DNA from: Takakia lepidozioides
Taxonomy: Eukaryota > Plantae > Bryophyta
Assembly: GCA_030704615.1 (NCBI GenBank)
Contig: CM060732.1
Location: 78,554,001-78,618,000 of the forward strand
DNA: 64,000 bases
Direction of reading: 5' to 3'
Part shown: positions 47,896-61,509 of the stretch, one piece after another
Numbering within the stretch: position 1 is the stretch's first letter
How the letters are laid out: every line of letters starts with the position of its first letter
The notes under the pieces: model-generated
What the model was told of the DNA's origin: nothing
The model's database searches: none
What the model saw: only the letters and a program-made list of their open reading frames with translations
Made by a program: the position numbers and the translations under genes

Positions 47896-50800
47896 ATGCA
47901 CAGGGAGCTGCTTCTTATAATGACAAAGTTAGGTGTGCACTATTCTCGTCATTTTGTGGTGATTGCTTTTAGAGAAGGATGAGCCATGCTGGATTGACAT
48001 AAATCTGTGTCGCCCTTGGAGATTTGGAGATTCGAAAGTTTTTAAAATGCAGTTAGCAATGAGGACTCAAGTGATAGTCAGGCATCCTCAGTGGCTACTT
48101 CATCAGCAAGCTCCAGTAGCAGTCTGGCATCTACTGTCACCAGGGGAACAAGGAAACGGGTCAAAGAAAAAGGGCTTGGGAATTTTTTAAATACAAACGA
48201 TGCTTCAAGGGTAGGCAAGGAGGAGGGTGTGAATGGAAGAGAAACACCAACTGGGAAACTGGGTCGAAAGATTTTGCGGAAAAGTGGACAGGAATATGTC
48301 TCGAAGAGTAAGATCATGGCTGAAATGGAAGCTCGGATTGCTGCTGAAGAGAAGGCTCGTGTTTTCAAATCCTATTCTCATTTTGAATGATATAGACAGT
48401 CCACTCAGGTACTAGATTGTATATAGTAAGCTATAAATCCAGGCAAGATATTGATTGCAGTACGAAAGTCGTTGTGCAGATCCGGCTCCTGTGTACCAGA
48501 GGTTTGACATTGCACTGATCCTTGCACTCTGTCCCATGTAGGCTGCAGAGGGGAGGCTTCGCTCTTTACTCGACGAGGGGGCCTGTTTCCATGCCAAATT
48601 TAGGGATGAGTTAGAAAAAGGGACTACAGACAGACGTAGACTGCAAGAACTGCTAGAGGTTGAGAAGTCCAGGCATGAGATTTCTGAGAGAGATTTAAAA
48701 GAAGGGAAGGCCAGGGTTAAACCAGGTCATGCTTTGGGGTTGAGGAGAGAGCCACATGAAGCATGCCAAGAGCTGGTGACTTCACCTGGACTGGTGGTGG
48801 GGTCTCAAGATGAGAAACAATGGCAGGCTCGTATTGCTGCTGAAGAAAGGGCTTGTCTATTTGAAGCCTCTACCAAGGTTGGTGTGCCTGCTCTACTTCT
48901 CAGTGAAATGCATCTCACCGAAGAGATAATGTGTGATATGCTGGCCAGGCCCTCCAAGTATTTCACTGAATTGAGCCAACTTGGGGAAATAATATAAAAG
49001 GTCACAATTACAGTGGCAGGGATGCCTCAGGGGTGAGTTTTGCATAGTGGTGCACAGACATCCTGTGGAAAAAGGATAGCCTTGGCTGGTATTTGCCTAT
49101 GCATATTGCAATCTGCCTAGCTCGTGTGTGGATATAGGAACTCAGCCATGCGAGCAAATGGGGACTTTGAGCACATAATCCGTATTTGGCAGAAGTACGA
49201 CAGTATCCTGCAGCATAACGTGCCATTTTGCAGCATCTCCTTCCAACGTGTTTTGAATTTTTCTCTGAGTTCACCCACCCAAATCTGTAATTCTCCCTTT
49301 GATGTGACTGTGAAATCTGCTCATTTTGTTATGGAAGCTCCTAAACCTGCTATTGTTTGTTTGACTTCTTGGATGGTCACAGAATGCCGAAGAAAAATTG
49401 CTCATATTGCTGGATGAAAGGACATCATTCCATGTCCGATTTAATGAGGAACTTGAGCAAGGCAACACCGACACACAACAATTGCTGCAACTGCTGAAAA
49501 TGGAAAAGGCCAAGCATGAAGCTTCTGAAAGAGCACTTAAAGAAGTCAAATTAAGTTTCAAGTCCCTCCTGACCACGGAGATGGGGTCCATGAAAGAGTC
49601 TTACAAACATATCAAGTTGGAGAAGGATCAGATTGCAGCCATGCCCCTCACGCCACTCGATGAGGAACAGCGAAATCTGATGGCCAAATCGAAGAAACAA
49701 ATTGCAGCTGAAGAGAAAGTGCTTGCGTTTGAAGCTTCTGCCAAGGTGGCAAACTCCCTTTGTTGCACTAGAATTGTGGCTAAGTGTCTCCAGTACTCTT
49801 TCTGGAACGCTCTTCAATTTGCTTATTTTAAAATAATTGTACATAAGAAAATTCTCTGTTCCCACTCAAAAGGGATGGAGGCTCATTTATCCTGCATGCC
49901 CCCCCTTTGCTGCAGTTTGGACTCACACATACATGGATGCGAAAAACCCCTCTCATGTATGCTTAAGACACTCCTTTATGCAAGAGAGGCATGAATGCTC
50001 TCCTCCGTTCTATCGTTGCAGACAAAGCTGTCATTTCCCCAACAACCTCAATATCAGCTGACAACAAAGCTCAGATTAACGTTCCTTGGCCGAGTCTGTA
50101 TCATGTTGGACTTGCAGCCACAGTTAAAGCAGCCACAGTTCCTCCACTTATTTAGTACCATCTAGTCCTTATGGTGCATAGGGGTACTGAACAGCCGGTT
50201 TCTGCTTCCATGTAGGCTGCAGAGGAAAGGCTACGCATCTTGCTTGAGAGGAGGGCATGGTTGCATGCCAGGTTCAAGGAGGAGTTGGAGCATAGCAGTG
50301 TAGATCGGTTGAGATTGCAGCAGCTGCTTGACATGGACAGGTCCATGCATGAAGCTTTAGGAACCATTGAAGACGGTGTCAATACTGGCAAGACAGAACT
50401 GAAGGTGGATATGCAGCAAGAATCAAAGCTCTCCGAAGTAGAGTCTTTCTCTTCCATCATGGCTGTATTGCAAGACGACGAGAAAATGAACCTAGTGAGT
50501 GAAATGAAGGCACACGTTGCCGCTGAACAGAAGGCTTGCTCTTCCGAGGATTCTGCCAAGGTTGGCTTTTGTTGTGACCTAGAACATTGTTGTTCTGCAT
50601 CCCCCTAGAAAGAAGAGCCATTTGCTCATGGCGACATAGCTCCATCAGTTTCTTGTCCACCTGGTGTCATTCAAATTCTGGATAAGGAAGAGGAGAATTC
50701 CCTTTGAGAGAGTTTGTGAGCTGATTCAAAGGGAAAGGAAAATTTTTACACATCACCCGCCAACTCATGCTGGATTGGTAGGTCAGGCATTTGCAGGGCC

Positions 50801-53800
50801 CCAACATGACCATGAACTCTACTCCAAGTTATAAATCAACCCTTGGTTGTAGTCCTTCAGACTCATGGACGTGCAGTGTGTCTTCCAAACTCATTTCAAA
50901 GTGGTAGATAGAGCACTATTTGTCAGTATGATAAAATTTCTCTCCATTGTCACAGAATTGATGAACACTGACAATTTTAGTGCCTGTCTCTAGGTTGCTG
51001 ACAAGAAGTTGGACACTCTACTTGATGCGAGGACAGCTTCTCCCACAGGATTTGAGGAGGAAGGGAGCACAGAGAGGTTGACATTGCAGCAGCAGCCGGA
51101 AACGGAATCACCTTATCTGGAGACAGAAAGTCCACCCCAGGACTCTGGCAACATCTCTCCCTTTGTCCATGAGTTCAAGATGAGAGGAAACTGTTTGAAA
51201 GATGTGGATGAGCCAGCACTTATATCCGGAAATGAGGATGAAATGTTGGATGTTTGCATTGCACGGGTCAGTTCTGAGACCTCCCCTGTTACTGTGTCTG
51301 ATGATGGTGAAAATATAAACTGTGCTGGTACATCAAGATCAGAGAATGATAAGAAGGAAGCCCAGCCACCAATAAAAAGCCTAAAAGCTCTTTCCTCGAC
51401 TGAGGATTTTCAGAGACATGCAGGTATACGTCAATCACTACCACCAGAGGGAAGTAGGGATGAGGGAAAGCAGCTGTATGGGTCCCTCCCTTCTTCAATG
51501 TCTAACCGGGACTTGGATAATGGCATGCCTCACCAAGATGGTTGTCCCCTAGCTGAGGGTTGGAAGAAAATTGGACAAAAAGGTTTGCTGGATACCAAGT
51601 CCTCATCTCTTACCATGTTTGATGATGGTGAAATGAGACTAGAGTGTTGCACTCTTGATGTGTCAGGGTCACAAAACCATAGAAGGAATGTTCACACTCC
51701 AGGAAGCAGCTCCAATGCTGTTTCCTTGACTGTCAATTGGAATAACGATTCAGCTGAACATGCACATAGGAGCAAGCAAGAACAGCTCAATGAGTTGCTG
51801 CACTCTCCACTGTCTCACCGCCTTCATTTAAGTGTTTCTCCAAAATTGTCTTGGGAGATAGCAGAGGCTACAGGTCCAAAACATTTAAAGTTCCCTGTGA
51901 TCCCCATCCAAGGGCCGGGACTTGTTAGATCCGAAGAGCAGATGTTGGGAAGGGGTGAGGACATAAGGCTCTATGGAGGCGCTAGCAATGTCGACCCTCA
52001 GTTGAACCGCTTGATGAGAACCTCACATGGAAAGGCTATAGACTATCTTGGGATATCTGGGAGTTCTAGAGCTTCGTCTATGAGGGCTGAAGCTCTGAGA
52101 ACACTGCAGGATGAGACGTTGAAGGTGGCAAAAGCCGGCATTCGTAGAATAGTTCATGAGCATGAACTATCCTGGAAGACAGCAGAGGATGCAGTTGAGG
52201 ATATGAATGTAAGGTTGAAGCTCCTGGAGGGCTACAAGGTTCTGCTGCAAGAAACCTTAGACAGAACACAGAGCATGGATCAAGGACAGAAGAAGATGGA
52301 GATTGTGTCGCAGAGACTAGAGTCCAACTTTGACGATCATCCTTTGGGGTTCACTTCTTTTTATCAATCCCCAGTGTACGAGGATCGAGGAACAAGATCA
52401 GAGGAGTGGGATAGTCGGTTGGCATCTGGAAGGCAATCACTGCAGATGTCGACACCTCATGGGCAGGCCGTCACTTACCGAAGTGAGGAGACAGAAGATT
52501 TGAAGGATATCGAGATCGGGAAGCTGAGGGTGGAGATCAAGAAGTTGACTGCTAAAATTGCTTGGTTGGAAGAGACTAGGGGCCGACCTGAATTTCTGCA
52601 TCATCCACAGGTGAGAGTTGGAATTCAGATAGAATATCTAAGATGGATTCATCATACATAGTCTTAGAAAGTCTGAAGTTGCTGGCATAGCTGGAGGGAA
52701 ATTCTGACTGTGGAATACTCTGCAGATTTCATGTGTATTAGTGGGTTGAAACTTGCTTGCAAGTGGGCATTGATCCTTCTCTTCATAGCTGGTTGCCACA
52801 GGCTGACTGTTGTTGGGGTAGTTTGAGTGTGCAAGAACTTCGTTAATGTTTGCATGCCTTTGTAAGTTCCTCTTTTGTATTGAGACATGCTCTAAAAGTC
52901 TGAATGAGGTAAGTTTTACGTTGACAGTGACATTATCCTGTAAATTTTTCACTTTTGAGGTGTGATAGTTGACCGAAGGTTTCTGTGATGTGGTTAGGGG
53001 ACCTTTAAAGTTTGCTTGGTCTGTTGCTTAGATGGTTGCCGCATAACAACAATGGCAGACAATTTTTAAGTACAAGAGCATGCTGTTTAAGCATGATGAA
53101 AACCTTAATGGCTGTGGATATATCTGTGATTGGAGATGTATGAGTACGTTGTCTTTGATGTAATTTCTGGAGAAATCACAGACTTATGGAACCACTTCCC
53201 AACACTTATCTGGATATGATCTTATGCAAAGAGCGAGGTGCCTGAGTTCTTCTCTTTTGAGCAGGAAGAGGAGCTGATAAAAGAAGATGCCAGAACTAGC
53301 ATGGGCACCCCTAAAGCAGGGAATTTTGGTACTCACAATTCAAGGCAGTGGAAGGGGAATCAAACGCTTGGGCATGAGGCCAGAGAGAGTGAAGTGCCTG
53401 GAGTCTCTTATCACAAGCAATCAGAGTCTTGGTTCTTGTCTCCAGAGCAAGGAGCGATTTTTCCTCAAACATGTGCCACTACCAGAGATGTGCCTACGGC
53501 CTCCCTACCAGAAGGAGACTCGTCGAGTCTTGGAGCTTCTGCTGTTCAAACAGAAAACCAGGTGCAGATCAGAGAGTGTGAAATGCCCATAGTTGAACCA
53601 GAATTCTTCTCTTCAGAGCAAGCAGAGTGTGCCATCCCTAGAGAGAGTGTTGAGCATGATGTCCCTATTTCTGCAGTTCCACAAGGGAACTTCCTGAGTC
53701 TTGGAGATTGTGCTACTCAAACAGAAAACCAGGGACAGACCAGACATACTGCAGTGAACCTATTCTCTCCTCAGAAGGAATCACAGCCACAGTTTCTCTC

Positions 53801-56800
53801 TGTGGAAGAAGCAAATTGGTTTGCCATTAATAGAGATAGTCTCAAGCCACATGTCCCTGTCAGCTCATTTTCAGAAGCGAACTCGTCCAATCTTGGAGCT
53901 TTTGCTAGTGAACCAGAAAACCAGGCCAAACAGAGTGAAGTTCCCCAAGTCTCTCCTGAAAAGGGAGCAGATCCACACTTCTTCTCTGCAGAGCAGACAG
54001 CGAAGTTTCTACACTCTCTTACCCTTGCAAGAAATAGTCTGAAGCCTGATGTCCCTGTCACCTCATCTCCAGAAGGAAACCCGTCTAGTGTAGGACCTTC
54101 TGCTACTGAAATAGGAGACCAGGGGCAGGACAGACAGAGTGAAGTAGCCCAAATACGTCAGAAGGAATCAGAGCCCAAGTTCTTCTCTCCGGAGCAAGGA
54201 GCAGAGTTCTTACACACAATTACTGTTGCTAGAAATAGTCTCAAGCCTGATGGCCCAGTCACAGAAGGAAACCTATCAAGTCTAGAAGTTTCTCACAGAG
54301 AAAATCAAGGGCAGGGGAGTCAATTGGGCTTGCTCGGCAAGGTTAGACAGAGCCTACGGTCTCATGTACAGCCAACAATTATTGCTTTGAAGGCTCCAGT
54401 GGGGTTCTTCACTCCAGAACAAGGAGATATTCTGCTACATTCAATGGCCCTTGCCAGACGCAGTCTTAACGACCATATGACTTCCACTCAAGAAGAGGAC
54501 CAACTGAGTGTTGGAGCTTTACCAACTCCAGAACAAAACCAAGTGCATGCAGATCAGCAGGTGTCACCTTTCAAGGCTAGACAGAGCAGATGTTTTTTCC
54601 CCCGAATCTTTGCTCGCAAGGGCCCAGCTACACAGTTCGTTGTTCCAGAGCAAGGGCACAACCTACTACAAGGAGTGATTTCAAATAAGAATGACCCCAT
54701 TCGTAGTCTCCCTATCACCTCTATTCAAGAAGAGAACCAGCTGAGCCCTTGTCCAGAAGGAAACAAAGTGAAGGAGGGTAAATTTGGTTCGCTTGTTAAA
54801 ATTAGACAGTCTCTGCTGCGAAAAATGCGAAGGTCAAAGGTTAGCTGATTTTCATTTCTCATTGAGGGAAGTGTCCCTCACATTCTGATACTTCTGAAAA
54901 TAGCTTGTATGTTCTATTTTAGTCAGGAGTAGTCTGTTTGTAAAAGAGAAACTGTGACAGTTTCTCTACTCTGATTCCTTCTGACTAAAGTTTAGAGAGC
55001 TACTCACATAGTTCTGATATTGTGGTAGCTTAGTTCCAAAAATGTGATGGACTTTTACTTCAACACAATCTAGGGTATGACATGCATGGAGTAAATTCTT
55101 TCAAAGGGTGTACAAGCTACACACTTGCATTCTGCAGTTGCCATGGGGGAAAGATCACTGTGTTGGTGGAGAGGTGGAGAGATGAATGGTAAGCCAGAAG
55201 CACAATTGCATCTTCAGCCAGTTGTGCTGCAATTGTCCTCGACCATCAGTGTCACTGTGGAAGTCATGCTTTGAAAGAGATTGACATTCCGCAAGGTTAG
55301 CTGTCTACTTTCAGAATCCTGAAGTTCATACACATGGCAATCCTTGTGTGAATATATGAAACTTCTTGTGTTAGTCAAGAATTGGAGATTTTGGCATGTG
55401 GCCTGTCAAATACCTGCAAACTTTGTGTGCAGAGTTAATTTGCTTACCGTAGTTGAATGGAACTTTCTGAAAAAAAATTGCTTGCACCTTCCTGGGTTTG
55501 CAGCTTTCCATGATATCTTCATTTCATGGATCCTGGGGGAGTTATCTCTGTAGATTTTGGTATCTTCTCTTAGATCTTGCTGTATTTTTGTATGTTTGGT
55601 GTTGTACTTGTATGACGACAGACATTTGGGCTCCTGATCCCCTGACCACTGTTGGTTTGTGGCAGGAAAGGAAAGCTAGGTCAGTAACCCCAACACTGGC
55701 CCTCTTTGGCAGGCCCCTTACCCAGCAAATAGGTGAAGTATCAGGAATCCAACCTATCACGCACGAGCAAAGCTTGAAGGACATTGAGAAAGAAACCGAG
55801 TCATCCCATTTGAGTTATCGTACAAGCCCAAGTGAAAGTTTGGCAGAGATGGAAACTCCAGACAACGAGCTGCAGAGGATGGAAGATGCCCAGCCTGCAC
55901 TGGAGAAGCATGTGGTCAGTCCTGCCTATTTTGAGAAGGAAAGTGAGAAGGGCACTATCAAGCAAGACAACTCTGTGGAGGCAGTGAGGGTCATAAAGGG
56001 GCGACAAATTGGCCAGGAAGTACTTGGGGTCTCATCTTGTACCTCTGCACATACTGAGGGTGAAGTAGAAGGGATGAGAAACGACATATCTGATGATACC
56101 TCTGAAGACCATGTTAAACTGAGCAGGTAACCTGCGCATCTGTTAGCTACTTATTCTTCTTGACTCTCTCACCGCACTGATAGAATTTACACTATCTGTG
56201 AGGATACCCTTGTCTTGCCTGGATCCAGTACCTAGACTAAATGCATCAGAGAGACTAAAAATTATTATTATCATAATTACTGTGGCATCCACCTAAGAGA
56301 AGGATGCTGGGTGGTCCTAGAAATCTTTGTCTATCTTTTCCTTTGTGCAATAACCATAATCCCAACCATGTTCCACAGCAAATATTGAGTGAGTGGACTC
56401 GTCTGGTGAAGTAGTGTGTCTGGCAGATAACTGATGGTTTTTTCCCTCAGCTGATAGAGTCCCTCCACTGACAAACGTACATGGGGATCCTTTGTACAGC
56501 CCAACCAGTCATGTTGGGGAAGTCCCCAGGTGATAAGAAAAGAGTTAAAACGTGAAGACATGAATTCTGTCCATAAGGGGAACCAGCCTTTTGCAGTTAT
56601 TAGTGGTGACACATTAGGCAGAAGTGTTTATTTCCCTCCGCAATTTTTTAGAGCATTGTGACAAAGCACTTGATCTGAAAACTGGGCCTCTGGAAAATAG
56701 GCCGTTCCAAGGAAGCCTGCACCAAGCAGCAACTGGTGTAACCTCATGGGGCAAACTGACTTCTGTGTCTCCCAAGGATGAGAAAACAGAGGAACAGATT

Positions 56801-59800
56801 AAGAAAAGCCAGGAGGCAGTTGGAATGGGAACAGAGTATACGTCTAGGGGCGCAACTGATAGAAGTTGGCCAGTGGAGGTGAAGGAGAGGGAGACAGAAT
56901 TGAAGAGATTGCAAGAGGATTTTGAGGAGAGAGAGAAGCAAACAAGGGAATTGCAAGAGAAAATTCAGGAGAGTGAGGGACGATACAGTAGATTACAAGC
57001 GGAATATCAAGAGAGTAGGGAAGAGGGAAGAAACGACCACAAGGAGAATCAGGAGGGTGAGAGTCAGAAGAAGCAAAAGCAGCAGAGTCTCAAACTACTG
57101 GATAAGAGTAAACAAGTGGCTTATGAGAAGGAACTAGATGCACCACATAAGAAAGATCTCAGTATGACCAACTACCAAGTGAAGAGGAATGAAGAGGAGA
57201 TTGTACAAGAGGAGTTTGAGGAGAGAGAGAAGCAAACAAGGGAATTGCAAGAGAAAATTCAGGAGATTGAGGGACGATACAGTAGATTACAAGCGGAATA
57301 TCAAGAGAGTAGGGAAGAGGGAAGAAATTACCACAAGGAGAATCAGGAGGGTGAGAGTCAGAAGAAGCAAAAGCAGCATAGTCTCAAACTACTGGATAAG
57401 AGTAAACAAGTGGCTTATGAGAAGGAACTAGATGCACCACATAAGAAAGAGCACAGTATGACCAACTACCAAGTGAAGAGGAATGAAGAGGAGATTGTGC
57501 AGAAGAAACAATCTTTGACGTTTCATGATGAGGCTGCAAACAGAGAAGTGAAGAGAATGCAAGACTTGATTGAGGAGAGGGATGAATTTAACAAGGATTG
57601 GCAAGAGAGGAACAACGAGGGAGGAAAACGAAACAGTCATATATCAGGGGATAGTTACGAGGTAGGTGGGAGCCAGCCTAACAATGCAATGCAAAGCAGG
57701 GGGAGTTCTCTCCTTGACAGATCCCTGTCTGTAAGAGACCCCTTTCTCTACCTGGCAAAGCCAAGCAACAAGGTTGAGCCTCCTCTTGTTGGAATAGCCA
57801 AAAGAGAGAGTAGCAACATGAGGAAGAACATGGAGAAGGAGAAGCAAAGTAGGATCAGGCTAGAAAGGGCCAAGGCCATAGCCGACCTTGAGAAAAATCT
57901 CAGTGGTATGATGGGGCACCCTGGAGCAAGGTGAGGCTTGACAGGCATCAGAAGGGAAAGGAGAGCACGTCTACGCTTGTATTTTATCCAGCCGTAATAC
58001 CCATTAGCAGGTGAGGTAATTCTACCCCTCTACGTGGTATCTATTCAGGCACTAGTTGGTAGTGATTAGATGAATCAAACACAAATGCATGTGGCTTTTC
58101 GCAGGGGCTGGGTACCTGAGTCTTTCGAGGCCAAAAATGAGTTGGTCCTTCTTACCACTGGAGCGGTCATCTCAACTGCAGCATGTGAAGTACAGCAAAC
58201 AGTAGGAAAGCACTCGAGTCTGGTTGACTCTGCCTTTCCTCATAAGCAGCAACCCTACAATCTGGTTTCAGATAATGGTATGCTGCAAGTACAGTGTTGT
58301 TCTGTGCACATGTTCTACTTGATTGAAAACTTAAGGTTCATTAACAAGGTGACATCTTATTTGGATATTGTCACCCTGCAATTCCCAAAGCAGGCACTAG
58401 ATGGCTGCAGTTCGAGATGGGTTCAGCACTTTTGTTTGTCTCTGTATCCCAGTTTGATGTGGATCACATAACCTAATACTGTTATGGTTGTTTACAATAA
58501 CCCTTCAGGTGAGCTGCAACTTTTGAAGAACAATGTACACAGGCTTGCACATATGTTTCATGAACAAGAGAGCAAGCTCAAGAATTTCAAACTAGCTAAT
58601 CAGAGTACAGTGGGCAATGAGATACAGCTGCTGGATTGGCATGATGTCTACATTAGCCTCCTTAACGACACGAGCTGCCAGCTTGGTGGTCATTGCCCAA
58701 AGCCTCCGACCGTTTCTTGTGAGGTCTGTTTGTGTCCCCACATGGACTGTATGTGCCGTCTCTTCTTGTGGCCGTCTTTTTTTGTCATGGCAACCATACA
58801 ACAGGAAAAGAACAACAACAAAGATGTACTGTTGGCACGCCTCTCTGCCGCCCTTCGGGATCCAGAGAGCCTGAAAGCCTCTCTTACAGCAGCTCAAATG
58901 CAAATTGCTGAGAGGGAGCATGCTAACCTAATGTTGGAGCAAAAGCTGGAGGCCGAAAGCCAGTACTTGGCCAAGATGCTAAAAGACCATGCTGAGGAGC
59001 TCCAAAGGAAGGAGAAGACGTTGAACTATGCTCAGCAACTCAATCAGCAGCTGGGTGATGACATGTCCAAGACTGAGTCCACCTTGGCTGAGTTGAGGTC
59101 ACGCTATAAAGGACTGGTGGCTTCTTTGGAGAGTCAGTTAAAAGAAGCAAGAAATGAAGTGAGGATTTTTTCCTTTCCTCATCTTCTGGTGGTTCTATGT
59201 CCACGACAACGTTGATTTGATGTGGTGTCTGTTCTATTCTCTGGGCGTTATTGATTTAATTTTTTTCTCCGGGCTGCTTGGTGAGGGTCCGATTCTTGTA
59301 TCTTTCTTTCTTTTATCTCCTAATTTCTTTGAGCTTCCTTTCCTTCGCTTTCCTTTCATTGCTCACTGTCCTCTCTACTATGAATCCGGGCCAGTACTAC
59401 TGTCTATTTTGAGACACCCACTCCCTGACATTGCAGAGATGTGTGGCATATTATCAGCATAAGGCTCTCCACCTTGTAGAAATTGAATCGTTGTTTTTGG
59501 GCTGCTTGTTGGGGCCCCTTTTCTCAGGAGGGGCCCCAACAGGAGGGATCTCAGGAGGGAATGGAAAGTGAAGAGCGTTTCTTCTTCCACCTATGAGATC
59601 TGTGGGAGATAATATTGTCTATTCCGAGATAACCAATCTCTCACAGAGGTGTTCCCGTATGAAGAAATGCTTAGCAGCATGTCTGCATGAGGCGTTGACT
59701 CTTAGGCAATCCTTTCATCTTTGGTTGTTTCTGGGCTGCTTGTGGAGGCCCCAACTCTCTTGCTTGTTTCATGCTTTCTCTTGTCTCACAAGCTCTTTGA

Positions 59801-61509
59801 GCTTTCTGCAGAGGTTATGAAGTATCGTTCATTCCCTTTCTCTTTCTTGTTTCATGCTTTCTCTTGTCCCATAAGCTCTTGAGCTTTCTGCAGACGTTAT
59901 AAACTATCATTTCATTTGTTTCTTCTTGCCTTTTCCTGGTGTGCATGTATGGTATGGTACCCCCTACGTCAGGCGGTCAGATTTGCCACCACCACAGGCT
60001 TTCTGGCAGAAGTGCTCTCTATGCCACAGAGTGCAAGGTGGTGCCCCTTGAAGATTGACAGGGTGTGTGGTAGGTGGTGGGCTTACAGGACAGAATAAAA
60101 GGGTTGAGAGAGGAACTTGCAGTAAGCCAGTCTAGGGCAGCAGGTTTAGAGGAAGCCTTTGATGAGAAAGAGATGGAGATGCAAGACATGACGCGGAGGA
60201 TGGCAGCTATCCAACATGAGACAGATGCAACAACCCTGGAGAAGTTTGAGGTAGTCAAGAGACTGCAGGAAGTGCAACAGAAGGCAGAGGAGCAGCAGGA
60301 GCGCTTGTTGGAGCTTATGAGCATTAATGAGGAGCTTCTTGCGTTTTCTGAGAACAAAGAAACTGAGGTGTTAACGCTGTCCTTGTAAAGAATGTGACAT
60401 AGGCAGGGTTTCCCTTCCTTGTTGGCCAGATACTGCTGTTCCGATGAAACACAGGAATCCAAGCCCATGTAGCTTAGTCCTCAGAATTTCTGTTCGCTTC
60501 TGTGCTTTTCTGCCTGCGCTTATCTGCCTAAGCTTGAACCTGCAATTTGTAAATTAAATGTGGTATGGTTTAAGTTGCAATTGTATAGGAATGTGTGCTA
60601 CATGGGTCATCTTCCATTTAAGGCTACTCGGGCAGGATTTGGTCAAATTAAGGAATGGGGATCCAACACACACCCCAAAAGGTGTTGGGGTGGCGTATGT
60701 TTATTATATCAACCTGAGATCCACTGTTTCATTGTAGATCGCAGTGGCATAGACTGCTATCTACATAAGAAGCAGGCAGCAGATATGTCTGAGTATGTGC
60801 CATGTGTTCTGATGAGACTAAGCTGCTAAGAAATGAGGTCGCCACTGCGTTGCACCCACAGTGTCCAATGTACTCTGCTGAGTCCATTGTCCACTACCAT
60901 GACATGACGCTGGGGTTGCAGGTGACAAAGTTGGACAAGGAGGTTGAAATATTGAAACAAGTGCTAAACCAAAAATCAGGAGATAGCAGCCATATTTTGC
61001 AGGAGCTAGCTGAGGCTGTGAAGCAAGTGAATTCTCTCAAGAAAGAGGGGGACCAAGACAGATTGTGCATCAAGTTCCTGCAATCCAAACTGGACGATAC
61101 AGGGTATGAATTAGCCTCACGAGAACAAGCTTTGGAGCGACTCACACAGCATCTGGCATCCACAATTGAAGGACAGGATTTGATCGTGCAGGAGAAAGAG
61201 CAGCTGCACTTGTCACTAGATAATGTGAACTACAAGCAGTATCGCATGGATAATCAAGTCCGAAAATCCAAAATGATCATACAAGACCTGGAAGAGAAAT
61301 TGAGTTCAATGGAACTTGAGGTATCAAGAGCAAGGATGGAGATGGTAGAAATGAAAGCAAAAGGACATGAGGCTTTGGTGATTTGGAAAGAGGCTGGGGA
61401 CATGCAGAGTAGAGTCCAGCAATTGGAGGAGGAAATTATGGAAAAAGAGGGCCAGATATCCATTCTCAAAAGCTCCTTCCCAGGGGAATTGGAGTCTTCC
61501 TCTTATTAG
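47896..61509 (+). CDS. Very large multi-exon coiled-coil protein with internal repeats; start and some junctions uncertain
   Basis: Coding exons at about 48053-48354, 48542-48877, 49383-49745, 50215-50560, 50994-52610, 53232-54839, 55666-56126, 56650-57931, 58510-59158, 60089-60367, 60922-61509. The C-terminal VQQLEEEIMEKEGQISILK recalls, from memory, the terminus of the Arabidopsis At2g39300/At3g55060 coiled-coil family. Confidence 0.65.
56912..57499 (+). repeat. Two near-identical 294-bp (98-codon) in-frame tandem copies
   Basis: 56912-57205 and 57206-57499; peptide QEDFEEREKQTRELQEK...KRNEEEIV duplicated with few substitutions. Confidence 0.95.
59757..59915. repeat. ~83-bp intronic tandem duplication
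   Basis: CTTGTTTCATGCTTTCTCTTGTC...AAGCTCTTTGAGCTTTCTGCAGA.GTTAT at 59763 and 59846. Confidence 0.88.
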
